Assembly (NCBI GenBank): GCA_964626665.1
Contig: CAZVGK010000039.1
Span: 4,818-23,318, forward strand
Length of the DNA stretch: 18,501 nucleotides
Direction: 5' to 3'
Source: an uncultured Gemmatimonadota bacterium
GTDB lineage: Bacteria > SM23-81 > DAOVCL01
The notes under the pieces were generated by a model. That model saw only the letters and a program-made list of their open reading frames with translations. It was not told the DNA's origin and searched no databases. Of this stretch, positions 15,993 through 18,501 are shown piece after piece (within the stretch, counting starts at the first letter, position 1; the number at the start of each line of letters is the position of its first letter). The translations under genes were made by a program, and so were the position numbers.

Positions 15993-18425
15993 CTTAAATT
16001 TAAGAGAGGAGGAAGGAACGATGACAGACAAGGATTGGTTGATGAATGTGGAGAATGAGACAAGGGGAGGTAAAAATGGTTATTAGAAAGCTTTTGAGGG
16101 AAATTGTTCTTGTGGTCTGTTTCTTTATCTTAATTTCCCCCCAAATTCTCTTCGCCTGGACAACGCCGGTGAATATCTCCAATACCTCAGGACACTCAAG
16201 GTACGCTTCATTAGCGGTGGATAGGAATGGTCATATTCATGTGGTTTGGGAGGATGATACCTCAGGGAACAACGAGATTCTCTATTGCTTTTGTGATGGA
16301 GAGTCCTGGCATCCTTCCATCGATATCTCAAATGATGCCACCGACTCGGAAAGGTCGGACATAACGGTGGATGCCTTCGGACAACTCCATGTGGCCTGGA
16401 TAGATCACCAGTCCGGGGAGATATACTGGACTTTTTACGCTGAAACCTCCTGGACCTCTCCGGTGAATATCTCCAATAATCCAGGTTACTCCACCTGCCC
16501 CAGTTTAGCGGCCGATGATTCAGGCAGAGTCTATATCGCTTGGCACGACATTGGGGGGGAGCAATCCGATATCTACTTCAGCATTTATGATGGAACCTCC
16601 TGGTCACCTCCCCAGAATGTCACCAATGATGCGGTGAGCTCAGCCTATCCCGATATAGCCGTTGACTCTAAGGGATGTGTGCATTTGGTGTGGATGAACT
16701 ATGGTGCAGATATAGAGGCATATTACTCGAAATATGATGGGCACTCCTGGTCAAGTTGGGTTAATGTCTCTAATCTTGAAGGATACTCCTGCGATCCAAA
16801 GATAGCCCTGGATTCTCAGGATCATCCTCATGTCGCCTGGGAGGAACGTGAGCACGGTTACGAGGTTTATTACACCCATTTCGATGGAGAGGATTGGACT
16901 GTTCCCTATAAGCTTTCCGGCAGTGACTGTCATAATCCCGCTATTACGCTTGATTCTAAAGACAAAAGCCATGTAGTATGGGGTGGGCCAGGGAATGGAA
17001 TTTACTATACCTTTGGAAATGATACTTCTTGGTTTTCTCCCATTGATATTACAGATTCTTCTGAGGTAATTTGTTTATTGGCTGACATAGGGGTAGATTC
17101 AACCCATCTTCATGTGGTGTGGACCAAAGCCATTGATCGGACCCGTGCTGAGATTTACTACAGCAGCCATAAGTTAAGTGGAATAGAGCCAGAGCGGTGG
17201 AGGCCATTTCCAAGTGGGTATAAGCTGGAACAGTGTTATCCTAATCCGTTTAACCCGACCACTACCATCCGCTACCACCTCCCAGCGGTCAGCAGTTAGC
17301 TTAAAGATCTACAATATCTTAGGAGAGGAGGTGATAACCTTAGTGGACCAGGAGCAAAGGGCGGGGACGTATCAAGTTGTCTGGGATGGAAGAAACAATC
17401 AAGGAAAGGAGGTGACCAGTGGAGTATATCTTTACCGGCTAAAGGCCGGCGAATTTACCGCAGCAAGGAAGATGGTCTTGTTAAGGTAGCTTAAATTTAG
17501 AGAGGAGAAGAGAACGATGACAGACAGGGATTGGTTGATGAATGTGGAGAATGAGACAAGGGGAGGTAAAGATGAATATTAGAAGAAAGCTTTTGAGGGA
17601 AATTGTTCTTGTAGTCTGTTCCCTTATCTTAGTCCCCGTAAATCCCCTCCTCGCCTGGACAACGCCGGTGAATATCTCCAACACCTCAGGACACTCAAAC
17701 TATGCTTCCTTAGCGGTGGACAAATATGGTCACATTCATGTGGTTTGGGAGGATGACACCTCAGGGAACAACGAGGTTTTGTATTGTTTCTACAACGGAG
17801 ATCATTGGTCTGCTCCTCTTAATATCTCCAACGATCCAACGGACTCGGAAGCATCGGACATAACGGTAGATGCCCTGGGACAACTCCATGTGGCCTGGAT
17901 AGATTACCAGTCTGGGGAGATATACTGGACTATTTACAATGGAACCTCCTGGTCTCCTCCCCAGAACATCTCCAACAATCCCGGGCATTCTACCTGTCCC
18001 AGCTTAGCGGCTTATGATTCAGGCAGGGTCTTCATAAGCTGGCATGACATCAGAGGGCAATCTGACATCTACTTCAGCAGCTACGATGGGACCTCCTGGT
18101 CATCCCCGCAGAATGTCACCAATGATCCGCAGGACTCAGCCTATCCCAATATAGCCGTTGACTCCAAGGGGTGTGTGCATTTGGTATGGATGAACTATGG
18201 TTTGGACATAGAGGCATATTACTCAAAATACGACGCGAACTCCTGGTCAAGCTGGGTTAATATCTCCAATCTTGTGGGATACTCTTGTGATCCAAAGATA
18301 GCCCTGGATTCCCTGGATCATCCTCATGTGGTCTGGGAGGAGAGACAGTGGGGAGACCAGGAGGGGTATCACGTTTACTATGCCCATTTCGATGGGGAGA
18401 ATTGGGCTACCTCCTACAAGCTTTC
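15805..18425 (+). repeat. Tandem duplication with ~1497-bp period (C-terminal domain DNA + spacer + beta-propeller N-terminal region)
   Basis: ~15805-16915 aligns with ~17302-18425; stop codons end at 15992 and 17489, and spacers and start regions are near-identical. Confidence 0.9.
16076..17489 (+). pseudogene. Secreted BNR/sialidase-like beta-propeller repeat protein whose C-terminal domain is split by a frameshift at ~17285-17300
   Basis: Likely ATG at 16076 after GGAGG; six WxxPxNIS...P.(I/L)AxD..G..H(V/L)xW repeats; PNPFNPTTTIRYHLPAVSS* stops at 17299, and the rest of the domain (SLKIYNILGEEV...RKMVLLR) continues in another frame to 17489. Confidence 0.82.
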
Positions 18426-18489
18426 AACTGGAAGTAAAAATTTTAACCCTTGTATATTAAAGCCTAGAGCCCGAAACTGCAGAAGGTAG
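17572..18489 (+). CDS. Paralogous secreted beta-propeller repeat protein, apparently truncated, no C-terminal domain
   Basis: ATG at 17572 after GGAGG; highly similar to the 16076 gene up to YKLS...NP, then an unrelated tail LKPRARNCRR* 12 nt before the window end. Confidence 0.75.
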   Translation: MNIRRKLLREIVLVVCSLILVPVNPLLAWTTPVNISNTSGHSNYASLAVDKYGHIHVVWEDDTSGNNEVLYCFYNGDHWSAPLNISNDPTDSEASDITVDALGQLHVAWIDYQSGEIYWTIYNGTSWSPPQNISNNPGHSTCPSLAAYDSGRVFISWHDIRGQSDIYFSSYDGTSWSSPQNVTNDPQDSAYPNIAVDSKGCVHLVWMNYGLDIEAYYSKYDANSWSSWVNISNLVGYSCDPKIALDSLDHPHVVWEERQWGDQEGYHVYYAHFDGENWATSYKLSTGSKNFNPCILKPRARNCRR

Positions 18490-18501
18490 GCTTATCATCA
18501 T

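Noticed and set aside
17214-17489. Independent 91-aa gene
   Set aside because: It is the out-of-frame remainder of the upstream gene's C-terminal domain; its first ~25 codons are not protein-like.
15805-18425. Possible diversity-generating retroelement TR/VR pair
   Set aside because: Differences involve all bases, often at synonymous positions, rather than being adenine-specific; no reverse transcriptase in the window.

Overview
Bacterial genomic window. Gene content (NPFN-type FlgD/T9SS-like C-terminal domains, DUF3160, DUF3857, TPR-sigma54 activator) suggests an FCB-related candidate lineage; this is inference only. The left half is all minus strand: DUF3160, two DUF3857/transglutaminase-like genes (one with a catalytic triad, one without), a secreted hypothetical protein, a LytR_C protein, rsfS and the 5' part of argS, with REP/MITE-like palindromes in the spacers. 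A divergent sigma70 promoter pair lies at about 8930-9020. The right half is plus strand and holds the most interesting locus. A small secreted Trp/Pro-rich protein gene is followed by a TPR-GAF-AAA+(GAFTGA)-HTH sigma54 activator and a terminator. Next come three CGT-N8-ACG dyads, a consensus sigma54 promoter and a ~275-nt multi-branched RNA structure with paired ends and no credible ORF. This looks like a peptide-sensing sigma54 circuit with an RNA output. Downstream are a 55-aa ORF and a tandem array of secreted proteins sharing a near-identical C-terminal-domain cassette; one is frameshifted inside a 7-bp repeat tract and the last ends prematurely near the window edge.
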